A stretch of 49,014 nt of DNA, from positions 1-49,014 of the forward strand of contig JACQGQ010000079.1 of NCBI GenBank assembly GCA_016199495.1, read 5' to 3'. This DNA is from Chloroflexota bacterium (GTDB taxonomy: Bacteria; Chloroflexota; Dehalococcoidia; Dehalococcoidales; UBA2162). The notes below the pieces were generated by a model. That model was not told the origin of the DNA. It was given only the letters and a program-made list of their open reading frames with translations, and ran no database searches. Below are positions 7,089 to 17,331 of this stretch, piece by piece (positions within the stretch are counted from its first letter, which is position 1; every line of letters starts with the position of its first letter). The translations under genes and the position numbers were made by a program.

Positions 7089-8375
7089 TCACAGTCCTTT
7101 ACTTTTTGTGGCTTTTGGCTTAATTAAAATCTCTTCCGGGCTGGTAATCCTGCCGGTTACGGCGCTGGCGGCGGCCACGGCCGGGTTAGCCAGATAGACC
7201 TCTGATTTGGGGCTGCCCATGCGGCCGACAAAGTTACGGTTGGTGGTGGAGACGCAACGCTCGCCCTCGGCGAGGACTCCCATGTGACCGCCGAGACAGG
7301 GGCCACAGGTCGGCGTGCTCACGGCGGCTCCAGCCCGGATAAAGATTTCTATCAGCCCTTCTTTCAAGGCGTCAAGGTAGACCTGCTGGGTGCCGGGGAG
7401 AACAATGCAACGTACTCTGGGGTGTACCTTTCTCCCTTTTAATACCCGTGCTGCCAGCCGTAAATCTTCCAGGCGACCATTGGTGCAGCTACCGATGACC
7501 GCCTGGTCGATGGCGACATCACTGACCTGGCTGACCGGTCTGGTGTTGGCGGGCGAGTGGGGTAGGGCAACCTGAGGCTCAATAGCGGAAACATCATACT
7601 CAATGACGCTGGCATACTCGGCATCGTCATCCGCTTCGTAGACGGTGTAGGGGCGTTTTGCCCGGGACTTGACATAATCTAAAGTCTTGTCATCTACCCT
7701 GAAGATGCCGGCTTTAGCCCCGGCTTCAATCGCCATATTAGCCATGGTAAACCGCCCATCCATGGAAAGAGCGTCGATTGCCTCACCGCTGAATTCCATG
7801 GCGGCATAAAGAGCGCCATCGACGCCAATACTGCCGATGGTATAGAGGATTAGGTCCTTGCCCCCAACCCATTTCCCCAAGGTGCCGTGATAAACTAGCT
7901 TGATGGTGGCTGGCACCTTCATCCAGATGTCACCGGTAGCCATCGCGGCGGCGATATCGGTTGACCCCATACCGGTAGCAAAAGCGCCCAGAGCGCCGTA
8001 GGTGCAGGTATGGGAATCAGCCCCGATAACGACATCTCCGGGTAAGACCAGTCCCTGCTCGGGTAACAGCACGTGCTCGATGCCCATCTGCCCGACATCA
8101 AAGTGCCGTATCTCCCGTCGGGAACAAAAGTCGCGCATCAGTTTCGCCTGCTCCGCCGAAATAATGTCCTTATTGGGCACAAAGTGGTCGGCTACCATCA
8201 CTATTTTTGCCGGGTCGAAGACCTTACCTACCCCGATTCGCTGGAACTCTCTGATGGCAATCGGGGCGGTAATGTCATTGGCTAAAATCAGGTCAACCCG
8301 GATATTGGCGAATTCGCCCGGGCTTACCTTTTTTCGAGCAGTGTGGGCCGCCAGTATCTTCTCAATTAAAGTCAC
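7089..8375 (-). CDS. leuC: 3-isopropylmalate/citramalate dehydratase large subunit
   Basis: 428 aa with [24 protein letters not shown] and [12 protein letters not shown], the aconitase-family Fe-S cluster ligand motifs. Confidence 0.9.
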   Translation of the reverse strand: MTLIEKILAAHTARKKVSPGEFANIRVDLILANDITAPIAIREFQRIGVGKVFDPAKIVMVADHFVPNKDIISAEQAKLMRDFCSRREIRHFDVGQMGIEHVLLPEQGLVLPGDVVIGADSHTCTYGALGAFATGMGSTDIAAAMATGDIWMKVPATIKLVYHGTLGKWVGGKDLILYTIGSIGVDGALYAAMEFSGEAIDALSMDGRFTMANMAIEAGAKAGIFRVDDKTLDYVKSRAKRPYTVYEADDDAEYASVIEYDVSAIEPQVALPHSPANTRPVSQVSDVAIDQAVIGSCTNGRLEDLRLAARVLKGRKVHPRVRCIVLPGTQQVYLDALKEGLIEIFIRAGAAVSTPTCGPCLGGHMGVLAEGERCVSTTNRNFVGRMGSPKSEVYLANPAVAAASAVTGRITSPEEILIKPKATKSKGL

Positions 8376-8488
8376 CGTAGTTTCTCCTTATTCAACGAGT
8401 CATGAATTAGCACCAGATAGGATTCTATCGAAATGGGGATGGGGAAGGAACAGCCCAATCGGTTGGCATTTCAATACTGGCTCAGAAG

Positions 8489-10009
8489 CTATCCGGTTGC
8501 TTTCTTAGCCGCCAGCAACCGATTAAGGGCATTCATATAGGCTTTGGCGCTGGCGACAATGATGTCCGTATCGGCACCCCGCCCGGTATAGGTTATACCC
8601 CCGCTCTCTATCCTTATCAGCACCTCACCGATGGCATCAATACCTTCAGTGACTGATTTTACCGTGAATTCAGTGAGTTTATTGGGAACTGCCACCAGAC
8701 GGTTAATTGCCTGGTAGACAGCATCAACCGGGCCTGTGCCGAGGGCGGCATCGGTCAGGACCCGGCCATCAGGAGCGGTCAGCCTGACGGCGGCGGTGGG
8801 AATACCCCTATCCCCGCAGGTTACCTGGATGCGGTCAAGATGATAGACTTCTGAGACAGTACGTAGCTCCTGGGCAATAATGGACTCGATATCCTTATCG
8901 GTAATTTCCTTCTTTTTATCAGCCAGCTCCTTAAAGGCGGAGAAGGCTTGGTCAAAGTTTTCGTGGGATAAACTGTAGCCCAGTTCTGCCAGCCGTTCCT
9001 GAAAGGCATGTCGTCCACTGGTCTTCCCCAGTACCAGGCTGCTGGAGGGAATGCCTACCGATTTGGGGTCCATTATTTCAAAGGTTCCCGGCATCTTGAT
9101 GACACCATCGATATGAAGACCTGACGAATGACGGAAGGCGTTGGCGCCAACAATCGCCTTATTCGGCTGAATGGCAAAGCCGGTTAGCTCACTGACCAGT
9201 CGGCTGGTTCTGTAAATTTGCGTGGTATCGATACTGGTCGTCAGGTTAAAAAAGTTCTGGCGGGTCTTGATAGCCATGATAATCTCCTCGAGCGAGGCAT
9301 TACCGGCCCTTTCCCCGATGCCGTTAATGGTGCCTTCCACCTGTCTTGCCCCCCGCTTGAGCGCTTCCAGGCTGTTAGCTACGGCTAACCCCAGGTCATT
9401 ATGGCAATGAACACTAACTACGGCCCGCTTAATATTGGGCACATTCTTGAAGATTCCCTCAATAAGGCCACCGAACTCATCGGGGGTAGCGTAGCCTACG
9501 GTATCAGGGATATTGACCGTCGTGGCTCCAGCCTCAATAACTGCCTTCAATATCTGATGGATATACTCAGGCTCGGTGCGGCTGGCATCCATCGGGGAAA
9601 ATTCCACGTCAGCGCAGTATTTCTTAGCGCGCGCCACCGCATCGCAGGACATCTCTAATATTTCCTGACGGCTCTTCTTTAATTGGTAGAAGAGGTGTAT
9701 ATCAGAAGAAGAGAGAACTATATGGATGCGCGGTCGCTCAGCCTTTTTGACTGCCTGCCAGCTCTGGTCGATGGCTTCAATCACGGCGTGGGTTAGAACG
9801 CAGATTACCGGGCTACGAACCTCCTTAGCAATGAGCCTTACCGCCTCAAAATCGCCCGGCGAGGTTACCGGAAAACCAGCCTCGATAATATCTACCCCGA
9901 GTCTTTCCAGTTGCCGGGCTATTTCCAGCTTTTCCTGAATGTTGAGCGAACCCCCGGCGGCCTGCTCTCCATCTCTTAATGTCGTATCAAAGATTATTAC
10001 TTTATCCAT
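8489..10009 (-). CDS. leuA: 2-isopropylmalate synthase
   Basis: 506 aa with [28 protein letters not shown] and a C-terminal LeuA allosteric domain. Confidence 0.9.
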   Translation of the reverse strand: MDKVIIFDTTLRDGEQAAGGSLNIQEKLEIARQLERLGVDIIEAGFPVTSPGDFEAVRLIAKEVRSPVICVLTHAVIEAIDQSWQAVKKAERPRIHIVLSSSDIHLFYQLKKSRQEILEMSCDAVARAKKYCADVEFSPMDASRTEPEYIHQILKAVIEAGATTVNIPDTVGYATPDEFGGLIEGIFKNVPNIKRAVVSVHCHNDLGLAVANSLEALKRGARQVEGTINGIGERAGNASLEEIIMAIKTRQNFFNLTTSIDTTQIYRTSRLVSELTGFAIQPNKAIVGANAFRHSSGLHIDGVIKMPGTFEIMDPKSVGIPSSSLVLGKTSGRHAFQERLAELGYSLSHENFDQAFSAFKELADKKKEITDKDIESIIAQELRTVSEVYHLDRIQVTCGDRGIPTAAVRLTAPDGRVLTDAALGTGPVDAVYQAINRLVAVPNKLTEFTVKSVTEGIDAIGEVLIRIESGGITYTGRGADTDIIVASAKAYMNALNRLLAAKKATG

Positions 10010-10039
10010 AGTTTCCTCCCTGGGAGAAATATTTTAGAG

Positions 10040-10420
10040 TCAAACAGGTTCTTCCCCTCTCCGTAAGGTAAGGAGAGGGGCTGGTAAGGATGAGTTTCGT
10101 TCTCCCAGAAAAGAAAATCTTGTTGTACTGCATGTTTACACGTTCAGGCATTTTATATACCAAATATATTATTTACTACTTACTTTCCCTTAATGTTGAC
10201 CCATCCCCCTGACCCCCTTCCCTTACTAAGGGAGGGGGGATATTTATTTAGAGAGGCTTCGCCTCTCTTTAACTCTCCTTCTTCACTCCCGTTTACAAGG
10301 GGGGTTTTGTCAGAGGGACGAAGTCCTTCTTTACGCCCTATGGGATGGTGAGGGCTTTGCCTCTTTGACTCTCCTTACTTTTAGGAGCGTCTAAGAGGGG
10401 CGTTAGCCCCTCTTTTCTTC
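10040..10420. repeat. Cluster of at least 6 short GC-rich hairpin repeats (family D) inside the ilvC-leuA spacer
   Basis: Examples are cccctctccgtaaggtaaggagagggg (10054-10080), ccccttcccttactaagggagggggg, agagaggcttcgcctctct, agagggacgaagtccttct, gagggctttgcctc and agaggggcgttagcccctct. An AT-rich promoter-like stretch lies at 10145-10200. Confidence 0.8.
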
Positions 10421-10564
10421 TCTGAGGCTGTCCGAAAACACTGTCCCAAGTCTATTCCATTCTGTCATTCCCGCGAAAGCGGGAATCCAGCGTTACTGCC
10501 CTGCCTGGATTCCATGTCAAGCACGGAATAACAATTTTCGGACAGCCTCACTAAGGGGGTGAGG
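10385..10564. repeat. Composite about 185-bp repeat, second copy (see 4925-5112)
   Basis: Outer IR gaggctgtccgaaaa (10424-10438) and ttttcggacagcctc (10535-10549), with the family A core at 10464-10530. It abuts the ilvC stop. Confidence 0.85.
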
Positions 10565-11557
10565 TTACTTCTTCAACCAGGGCATCATCTCCCTTAGTTC
10601 AGCGCCGACCTCCTCAATGAGGTGTTCGGATTCTATGCGCTTCAGTGCGTTAAAGACCGGGCGCCCCGCCTGATTTTCCAGTATCCATTCTTTGGCAAAG
10701 CTACCGTCCTGAATTTCAGCCAGGATTTGCTCCATCTCCTCTTTGACCATATCATCGATAACCCGTGGTCCCCGAGTGTAGTCGCCATACTCAGCGGTAT
10801 CACTGACGGAGTAGCGCATATAGCTCAAGCCACCCCGGTTAATCAGGTCAACGATAAGCTTGAGCTCATGAAGGATTTCAAAGTAGGCTATTTCTGGCTG
10901 ATAGCCGGCTTCAACCAGCGTCTCAAAGCCAGCCTTTATCAGAGAGGTAACTCCGCCGCAGAGCACCGTCTGCTCACCGAAGAGGTCGGTCTCCGTCTCT
11001 TCAGCAAAAGTGGTCTCAATTATCCCGGCGCGGCTACAACCGATGCCCTTGGCATAAGCCAGGGCTGTCTCTTGTGCCTTACCTGAGGCATCCTGATGAA
11101 TAGCCACCAGTGCCGGTGGTCCGATACCTTCAGTGTAAAGCTGCCGTAACATGTGACCGGGACACTTGGGAGCTATCATGGTGACATCAATGCCGGGTGG
11201 TGGACTAATCTGCCCGTAATGGATGTTAAAACCATGAGCAAACATCAGTGTATTCCCTTTAGTCAGTCCCTTTTCGATAGATTGATAATATATTTCCCGC
11301 TGCGACTGGTCGGGCGCCAGCATCATGATGATATCGGCTTCTTTAGCCACCTCAGCTGCGGTCAGGACTCTGAAACCATCGCTCTGAGCCTTACTCCGAC
11401 TTTTACTATCCTTTGTCAAGCCCACTATCACCTGGCAATCACTATCCTTGAGGTTCTGGGCATGGGCATGCCCTTGGCTGCCATAACCGATAATGCCGAT
11501 TACTTTGTCTTCAAGCAATTTCAAGTTACAATCACTGTCATAATATATTGTTGCCAT
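10565..11557 (-). CDS. ilvC: Ketol-acid reductoisomerase
   Basis: [16 protein letters not shown] and a class I KARI length. I prefer the ATG at 11557, which is 7 nt from aaggggg. The track start at 11563 abuts the SD sequence. Confidence 0.9.
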   Translation of the reverse strand: MATIYYDSDCNLKLLEDKVIGIIGYGSQGHAHAQNLKDSDCQVIVGLTKDSKSRSKAQSDGFRVLTAAEVAKEADIIMMLAPDQSQREIYYQSIEKGLTKGNTLMFAHGFNIHYGQISPPPGIDVTMIAPKCPGHMLRQLYTEGIGPPALVAIHQDASGKAQETALAYAKGIGCSRAGIIETTFAEETETDLFGEQTVLCGGVTSLIKAGFETLVEAGYQPEIAYFEILHELKLIVDLINRGGLSYMRYSVSDTAEYGDYTRGPRVIDDMVKEEMEQILAEIQDGSFAKEWILENQAGRPVFNALKRIESEHLIEEVGAELREMMPWLKK

Positions 11558-11588
11558 CGTCATTCCCCCTTATTTATTGCCGAACCGA

Positions 11589-12521
11589 TTATTGAGGCTT
11601 TACCAGAAGTACCGGGCTCGAGACTCCTTGCAGGATGTTCTCGGCGACACTACCATAGACCCACCGCTTGAGACCGGAGCGCCCGTGGCTTGTCATGATA
11701 ACTAGATTAAAAGGATTTTTCTGTACATAGTCGACTATCTTATCGGAGGCTTTACCTACCAGCACCTCTGAGTGCACGCTGATGCTTTTATCCTTAAACT
11801 GCTTCTCTATCCGTGCCAGGTACTCCGCAGATGCCTGTTTACACCTGGCTATTTCCTGCTCCATATACTCTCCCCAGTTTAAAGGTACCTCGGAAAGCTC
11901 AGGAGCATAATAAGCCGGGGTAGTTGGCGGTTCGCAGACCCTGAGCAGGGTCACGTTTATTGGCTTGGTACTCCGTTGTTTGGCCAGCGCTTCGACGTGA
12001 GGAAGTACCGATTCCGCCATTTCTGAGCCATCCAGCGGCACCAGTAACGTTGTCTGTGGCCATTTATCATAAACAGTCTCCTCGGGAATCCCGGTGCGCA
12101 CCAGCAAAACGGGAATCTTCGATGCCCGCAGCACTTTGTCAGCCACATTGCCCAGCACCCAGCGTTTCAGTCCAGAACGGCCATGGGTAGCCATGAGGAG
12201 CAGGTCGACTTTGTTCTTATCAGCGTAGCGGAGAATTTCCTCGGCGGGGTAGCCCTCGGCTATTTCACCACGTGCTTTTATGGGCTTGCTCCCGGGCTTG
12301 ATGCCCGTCTTTTTCTGAACCTGTTGTGCCCGGCGCCTCACAATCTCAGCCGCCCGCTCGATATAGGCGTGGTGCATCGGAACAAAGTCGTTTAGTGTCG
12401 GGATACCGACGTAAAGCAAAATTACTTCTATATCAAGTCTCCCGGCAAGTTCTTTGGCGTAGGTGAAGACCACTTCGGCAAGCTTTGAACCATCCAGTGG
12501 TACGAGCATCCTCTTGAACAT
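11589..12521 (-). CDS. Tandem-domain universal stress protein
   Basis: 310 aa with two UspA-type domains, each ending in HGRSGLKRWV.G(N/S)VA..(V/I)L. Confidence 0.8.
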   Translation of the reverse strand: MFKRMLVPLDGSKLAEVVFTYAKELAGRLDIEVILLYVGIPTLNDFVPMHHAYIERAAEIVRRRAQQVQKKTGIKPGSKPIKARGEIAEGYPAEEILRYADKNKVDLLLMATHGRSGLKRWVLGNVADKVLRASKIPVLLVRTGIPEETVYDKWPQTTLLVPLDGSEMAESVLPHVEALAKQRSTKPINVTLLRVCEPPTTPAYYAPELSEVPLNWGEYMEQEIARCKQASAEYLARIEKQFKDKSISVHSEVLVGKASDKIVDYVQKNPFNLVIMTSHGRSGLKRWVYGSVAENILQGVSSPVLLVKPQ

Positions 12522-12583
12522 CTTCCTACCTCCGCTTGTAGATTCGTTAATACATTACATGGTATCCTGGAGAAAATCAACAT

Positions 12584-13129
12584 TTATCCTTTTTGCTTTC
12601 GGCGGCGAGTGCTGGCTGATTCCTTCTCCACCTGTAACGGGCTGGAGCCCCCCCGGCTCATGGCGATACGCCCCGTCCGGGCTAATTCGTTGATACCAAA
12701 GCCACGAAGTAAATTGAATAGGGAATTGATTTTATCTTCATCCCCGGTAACCTCAACCGTTACCGAATCAGAACCAACGTCTACTATATTTGCCCGGAAT
12801 ATATCCACAATCTGCATAATCTCGCTGCGGGTAGAAGGGGTGGTTCTTACTTTGATCAGGGCTAATTCCCGGGCAATAATGTCATCTCCGCTGATATCAG
12901 AGACCCTGACGACGTCAATGACCTTATCCAATTGTTTCCTGACCTGCTCGACCATAGTGGTTGCCCCATCAACGACGATAGTCATGCGTGATAAATGAGG
13001 TATTTCACTGTGTCCTACGGCAATACTCTCAATATTGAAGCTACGCCTGCGGAAAAGGCTTGCCATCCGGTTAAGTACTCCCGGCTTATCTTCGACGAGA
13101 GCAACTAAGGTGTGCTTTGTCGTGGCCAT
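12584..13129 (-). CDS. ilvN: Acetolactate synthase small (regulatory) subunit
   Basis: N-terminal ACT domain HTLVALVEDKPGVLNRMASLFRRRSFNIESI. Located directly downstream of ilvB. Confidence 0.85.
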   Translation of the reverse strand: MATTKHTLVALVEDKPGVLNRMASLFRRRSFNIESIAVGHSEIPHLSRMTIVVDGATTMVEQVRKQLDKVIDVVRVSDISGDDIIARELALIKVRTTPSTRSEIMQIVDIFRANIVDVGSDSVTVEVTGDEDKINSLFNLLRGFGINELARTGRIAMSRGGSSPLQVEKESASTRRRKQKG

Positions 13130-13144
13130 ACTATCACCTCTTTT

Positions 13145-14875
13145 CTAGGCTGAGATATTACTCGCTGGCAGCTTGGCCGAATCGGAGAGGACCTGTGCCC
13201 TGGCAGCGGGGTCTTCTATCAGTTCGGACAGGGCTGCCCCCGGCCGCACCATGGGGTAAACATTCTCTTCAGGTTCCACGACGAAGTCAATCAGGAAGGG
13301 ACCCGGCTCGGCCATCGCCTGCTCGATAGCCGGGACGACCTCCTCTTTATGTTTGACTCTTAGCCCCGGAATCCCGTATGCCTCAGCGACCTTAACGTAG
13401 TCTGGACCACTCAGTGGTGTGGCGACATAGCGCTTCCCATAGAAGAGTTCCTGCCATTGTCGTACCATTCCCAGATAGCCATTATCGATAATGGCTATCT
13501 TCACGGCGGCTTTTTCCTGAGTTATGGTCGCCAGCTCCTGGAGAGTCATTTGAAAACTGCCATCCCCGTCTATGCACCAGACGATGTTATCCGGGCAGCC
13601 TATCTTAACCCCGATAGCGGCGGGTAAGCCAAAACCCATCGTCCCCAAGCCGCCTGAGGAGATTAGGCTATTGGGCTTATCATAGCAGTAGTGTTGCGCC
13701 GCCCACATCTGGTTCTGCCCTACCCCGGTGACAATCGTCGCCTCACCTTTGGTCACCTCATATATCTTACGGACAACAAACTGGGGCAGGAGTCCTTGAC
13801 TGTCTCTGATGGCCGTTGACGGGTGTTTTTTCTGCCAATCATTGAGCTGTCCCAGCCAATCAATATGCTTGGTAAGAGTAATCTGCTTGTTTAATTCGTT
13901 AAGGACAACTTTTATATCGCCGACGATAGGTACATCCACAGGCACGTTTTTACCAATTTCCGCCGGGTCTATGTCAATATGGATAATACGGGCGTGAGGC
14001 GCGAAGCCGCTCACGCTGGCTGTAGCTCTATCATCGAACCGCATCCCGATCGCCACAATGACATCGGCAGCACTGACGGCCATATTAGCGTAAGCCATAC
14101 CGTGCATCCCCAGCATCCCGAAACTTAGAATGTGGCTCTCAGGGAAGCAGCCGATACCCAATAAAGTGGTAATCACCGGTATTTGGGCCGTCTCAGCCAA
14201 CTGCTTAAGCTCGGTATAGGCTCTGGAGAGAATTACTCCCCTACCGGCGATGATGGCCGGCTGGCGGGCTTCATTGATGAGCTTGGCGGCCTTCTTAATC
14301 TGTGTTGGGTGACCCTGGAGCGTTGGCTTGTAACCGGGCAGGTTTATTTTGTCCGGGTAGTGAAATTCCGCCTCTTCGATAAAAACATCTCGTGGCACAT
14401 CAATCAGCACCGGCCCCGGTCGGCCACTCCTTGCCAGGTAAAACGCCTCCTTCACCGTTCTGGCTAATGAAGCGGCGTCAAGGGCAAGGTAGTTATGCTT
14501 GGTAATGGGTAGAGTGATACCGGTGATGTCCACCTCCTGGAAGGCATCCTTGCCAATAAAAGGTCTGGCTACCTGACCGGTGATGGCTACCATCGGCGAA
14601 GAATCGAGGTAAGCATTGGCAATGCCGGTCACCAGGTTGGTTGCCCCGGGGCCAGAGGTGGCGAAGCATACCCCTACCTTTTCGGTAGCGCGGGCGTAGC
14701 CGTCAGCGGCGTGGGCGGCACATTGTTCATGCCGCACCAGAATATGACGGAGCTGGGGGTATTGAGGTAAAGTATCATACAAGGGCAAAATAGCCCCGCC
14801 CAGGATGCCAAAAATGACATCTACTCCCTCTCTTACCAGGCACTCACATATAATCTGCGCCCCGGTCATTTTCAT
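13145..14875 (-). CDS. ilvB: Acetolactate synthase large subunit
   Basis: 576 aa with ThDP motifs GGLGTMGFGLPAAIG...IDGDGSFQM...N. Confidence 0.9.
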   Translation of the reverse strand: MKMTGAQIICECLVREGVDVIFGILGGAILPLYDTLPQYPQLRHILVRHEQCAAHAADGYARATEKVGVCFATSGPGATNLVTGIANAYLDSSPMVAITGQVARPFIGKDAFQEVDITGITLPITKHNYLALDAASLARTVKEAFYLARSGRPGPVLIDVPRDVFIEEAEFHYPDKINLPGYKPTLQGHPTQIKKAAKLINEARQPAIIAGRGVILSRAYTELKQLAETAQIPVITTLLGIGCFPESHILSFGMLGMHGMAYANMAVSAADVIVAIGMRFDDRATASVSGFAPHARIIHIDIDPAEIGKNVPVDVPIVGDIKVVLNELNKQITLTKHIDWLGQLNDWQKKHPSTAIRDSQGLLPQFVVRKIYEVTKGEATIVTGVGQNQMWAAQHYCYDKPNSLISSGGLGTMGFGLPAAIGVKIGCPDNIVWCIDGDGSFQMTLQELATITQEKAAVKIAIIDNGYLGMVRQWQELFYGKRYVATPLSGPDYVKVAEAYGIPGLRVKHKEEVVPAIEQAMAEPGPFLIDFVVEPEENVYPMVRPGAALSELIEDPAARAQVLSDSAKLPASNISA

Positions 14876-14889
14876 AATAGCCCCTCCTC

Positions 14890-16554
14890 TTATCTAAACA
14901 CCGCTCCCGTGCTGGCTGAAGAAACCTTCTCGGCATAGCGCCTGAGATAGCCTGTCTTTACTTTAGGCTCAAAGTCAGGTAGTCGTGCCAGCCGATTGGC
15001 TATCTCCTTATCACTAAGTTCGACCTCGAGCTGGCAGTTTGGAATATCAATCTTTATCATATCTCCATCGGCTAAGGCGGCGATAGCGCCACGGCTGGCG
15101 GCCTCCGGGGAGATATGTCCGATAGCCGCCCCGCGAGTCGCCCCGGAAAAACGCCCGTCCGTGAGCAGGGCTACTTCCTTGTCCATACCCATACCAGTCA
15201 GCAGGGAGGTGGGGGTAAGCATCTCCCTCATCCCCGGCCCCCCTTTAGGCCCTTCGTAACGAATAACGAGCACTTCACCCGGTTTTATCTTACCGTTTAT
15301 GATGGCTTGAGTTGTCTCTTCTTCAGAGTCAAAGACCCTGGCTGGTCCGCGGTGAACCATCATTTCCGGGGCTACCGCGGCTTTTTTTACTACCGCCCCC
15401 TCTGGCGCCAGGTTACCAAAGAGAATGGCCAGGCCTCCGGTGGCTGAGTGAGCCTTAGCCCTGGAGCGAATAACCTCTCTATCCATAACCTGTCTTTGAG
15501 CTATAATTTCAGCCATCGATTTCCCGGACACTGTTTTTGACTCCAGCTTTAACAATCCCTCTAGTTCCTTCATCACCGCCGCGATGCCACCAGCCCGGTC
15601 TAAGTCCTCGATGTGATGGTCGCCGGCAGGCCTTATCTTGCATAACTGAGGAGTACGCTGGCTTATCTCATTTACCAGCGGTAGAAGGAAGTCAATTCCC
15701 GCCTCATGAGCCACTGCCGTCAGGTGTAAAACTGAGTTGGTGCTGCCACCCAGTGCCATATCGACACTAAGGGCATTATGAATGGCTTCCTTATTGATAA
15801 TATCTCGCGGGCGAGTATTGTTAGCCAGTAGTGCCATAATCTGTTGCCCCGCTTCCTTAGCCAGCTGCCGCCGCCGGCTATCGACGGCGGGAATGGTGCC
15901 GTTGCCGGGTAGTCCCATACCCAGAGCTTCGGTTAAGCAATTCATGGTATTGGCGGTGAACAGCCCCGAGCAGCTACCACAGCCGGGGCAGGCTACCCCC
16001 TCCAGTTGCTCCAGTTCCAGCTCGGTCATTTGTCCGCCGGCTACCTTCCCGACTGCTTCAAAGACAGAGCTGAGGTCGACCACACTAAACCCGTTATCGG
16101 TCGGCAGCAGTCCTTTCAGCATCGGCCCACCGCTGATGAAGATGGCTGGTAGATTCAGTCTGACCGCGGCCATAAGCATGCCGGGGATTACTTTGTCACA
16201 GTTGGGAATAAAGACCAGAGCATCAAAAGCATGAGCTTCAGCTACTATCTCCACCGAGTCGGCGATTAGTTCCCGGCTGGGCAAGCTATATTTCATACCC
16301 GGGTGGTTCATTGCCAGGCCATCACACACGGCAATAGTGTTGACCTCAAAGGGTAGTCCGCCACCACTACGCACCCCGGCCTTAACCGCCTCCGCAATGT
16401 CTCGCAGGTGCATATGCCCGGGCACAATCTCGCTGAAGCTGTTAATAATGCCGATAAATGGCTTACTCATTTCCGCCGGGCTACAGCCCAGGGCGTATAA
16501 TAAAGACCGATGTGGCGCCCGTTCTATGCCAATCTTAATAGCGTCGCTTTTCAT
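14890..16554 (-). CDS. ilvD: Dihydroxy-acid dehydratase
   Basis: 554 aa with [11 protein letters not shown] and [13 protein letters not shown], the IlvD/Edd signatures. Confidence 0.9.
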   Translation of the reverse strand: MKSDAIKIGIERAPHRSLLYALGCSPAEMSKPFIGIINSFSEIVPGHMHLRDIAEAVKAGVRSGGGLPFEVNTIAVCDGLAMNHPGMKYSLPSRELIADSVEIVAEAHAFDALVFIPNCDKVIPGMLMAAVRLNLPAIFISGGPMLKGLLPTDNGFSVVDLSSVFEAVGKVAGGQMTELELEQLEGVACPGCGSCSGLFTANTMNCLTEALGMGLPGNGTIPAVDSRRRQLAKEAGQQIMALLANNTRPRDIINKEAIHNALSVDMALGGSTNSVLHLTAVAHEAGIDFLLPLVNEISQRTPQLCKIRPAGDHHIEDLDRAGGIAAVMKELEGLLKLESKTVSGKSMAEIIAQRQVMDREVIRSRAKAHSATGGLAILFGNLAPEGAVVKKAAVAPEMMVHRGPARVFDSEEETTQAIINGKIKPGEVLVIRYEGPKGGPGMREMLTPTSLLTGMGMDKEVALLTDGRFSGATRGAAIGHISPEAASRGAIAALADGDMIKIDIPNCQLEVELSDKEIANRLARLPDFEPKVKTGYLRRYAEKVSSASTGAVFR

Positions 16555-16589
16555 TCTCTTGCCAGCCGCCTTTGCTTTTCAGGCTTAAT

Positions 16590-16614
16590 AAAAAAACCGT
16601 CCCTGTGGGGACGG
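16590..16614 (-). terminator. Intrinsic terminator hairpin (ccgtccc-caca-gggacgg + T7) in the ilvD leader
   Basis: On the minus strand a 7-bp GC-rich stem (16597-16603 / 16608-16614) with a 4-nt loop is followed by seven T. It lies 36 nt upstream of the ilvD ATG. Confidence 0.7.
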
Positions 16615-16648
16615 TCCCTATTCCTGCGGAGACGACCCACCGGCCGAA

Positions 16649-16696
16649 TTATGTATATGTAACAAGTACTAGAATAGCATAGTTACTGGTCATCAT
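16649..16696 (-). CDS. Candidate ilv leader peptide MMTSNYAILVLVTYT
   Basis: Hand-called 15-codon ORF between the promoter-like element and the terminator, with five consecutive Ile/Leu/Val codons (att cta gta ctt gtt). No clear SD sequence. Confidence 0.4.
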   Translation of the reverse strand: MMTSNYAILVLVTYT

Positions 16697-16702
16697 GTTG
16701 CT

Positions 16703-16731
16703 AGAGTATCATAGTTCATATTTATTGTCAA
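16703..16731 (-). promoter_or_regulatory. Putative sigma70-type promoter of the ilv-leu operon
   Basis: Minus strand: TTGACA (16726-16731), 17-nt spacer, TACTCT (16703-16708) preceded by a TGn extended -10. Confidence 0.45.
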
Positions 16732-16802
16732 CTTAAATCTTATTATAAAATCGCTGCCGCTCGGACTAGTACTTAGTTGCAGAAATAGCATTACAAATAA
16801 CT

Positions 16803-16868
16803 CCGTTCGCCCTGAGCTTGTCGAAGGGCGCGCCGGTAGTTCGACAGGCTCACCACGAACGGCGCGCT
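16803..16868. repeat. Palindromic element, family C (ccgttcgccctgagcttgtcgaaggg...ttcgacaggctcaccacgaacgg)
   Basis: Long imperfect inverted repeat centred on gggcgcgcc, between rpiB and the ilv promoter. Confidence 0.75.
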
Positions 16869-16896
16869 TAAGACCACTTAATTATGAAAGTTAGTA

Positions 16897-17328
16897 CTAG
16901 CCTTCCATCTCTCTTATCTTATCCAGTCGGCGCTGGTGTCTTTCCCCCTCAAACTCATCGCTAAGAAAAGCATTGACGATTTCCGCTACCCGCTTCCGTT
17001 TTTCTGCCCCGAGGCAGAGGATGTTGGCATCATTGTGCTGACGAGCCCGGTGAGCGCAGAAGGTATCGTAACACAGGGCAGCTCTTATCCCCTTGACCTT
17101 GTTCGCCGCCATGCACATACCAATGCCAGTGCTGCATATCAGGATGCCTCTTTCAAAATCACCCCTAGTGACTGCTTCAGCTACCTTTTGGGCAATATCA
17201 GGGTAGTCTACCGGGTCAGTAGTATGACAGCCAAAGTCCTCAGCGCTATGCCCGGCTTTAGTAATCAGCTTGATGACAGACTGCTTGAGATTCAGCCCCC
17301 GGTGGTCACAGCCAATGGCGATACGCAT
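16897..17328 (-). CDS. rpiB: Ribose-5-phosphate isomerase B
   Basis: 143 aa with IAIGCDHRG and ICSTGIGMCMAANK. Confidence 0.9.
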   Translation of the reverse strand: MRIAIGCDHRGLNLKQSVIKLITKAGHSAEDFGCHTTDPVDYPDIAQKVAEAVTRGDFERGILICSTGIGMCMAANKVKGIRAALCYDTFCAHRARQHNDANILCLGAEKRKRVAEIVNAFLSDEFEGERHQRRLDKIREMEG

Positions 17329-17331
17329 TGC

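Noticed and set aside
8440-8488. Possible relic of the leuA 3' end (atcggttggcatttc versus atccggttgctttc) in the leuC-leuA spacer
   Set aside because: The match is only about 12 of 15 nt with gaps, and it does not extend. It is too weak to claim a third gene-end duplication.
10040-10420. Hairpin clusters or the 22-bp tandem array as a CRISPR array
   Set aside because: There are no constant repeats alternating with unique spacers. The 22-bp units are contiguous with no spacers, the hairpin units differ from each other, and there are no cas genes.
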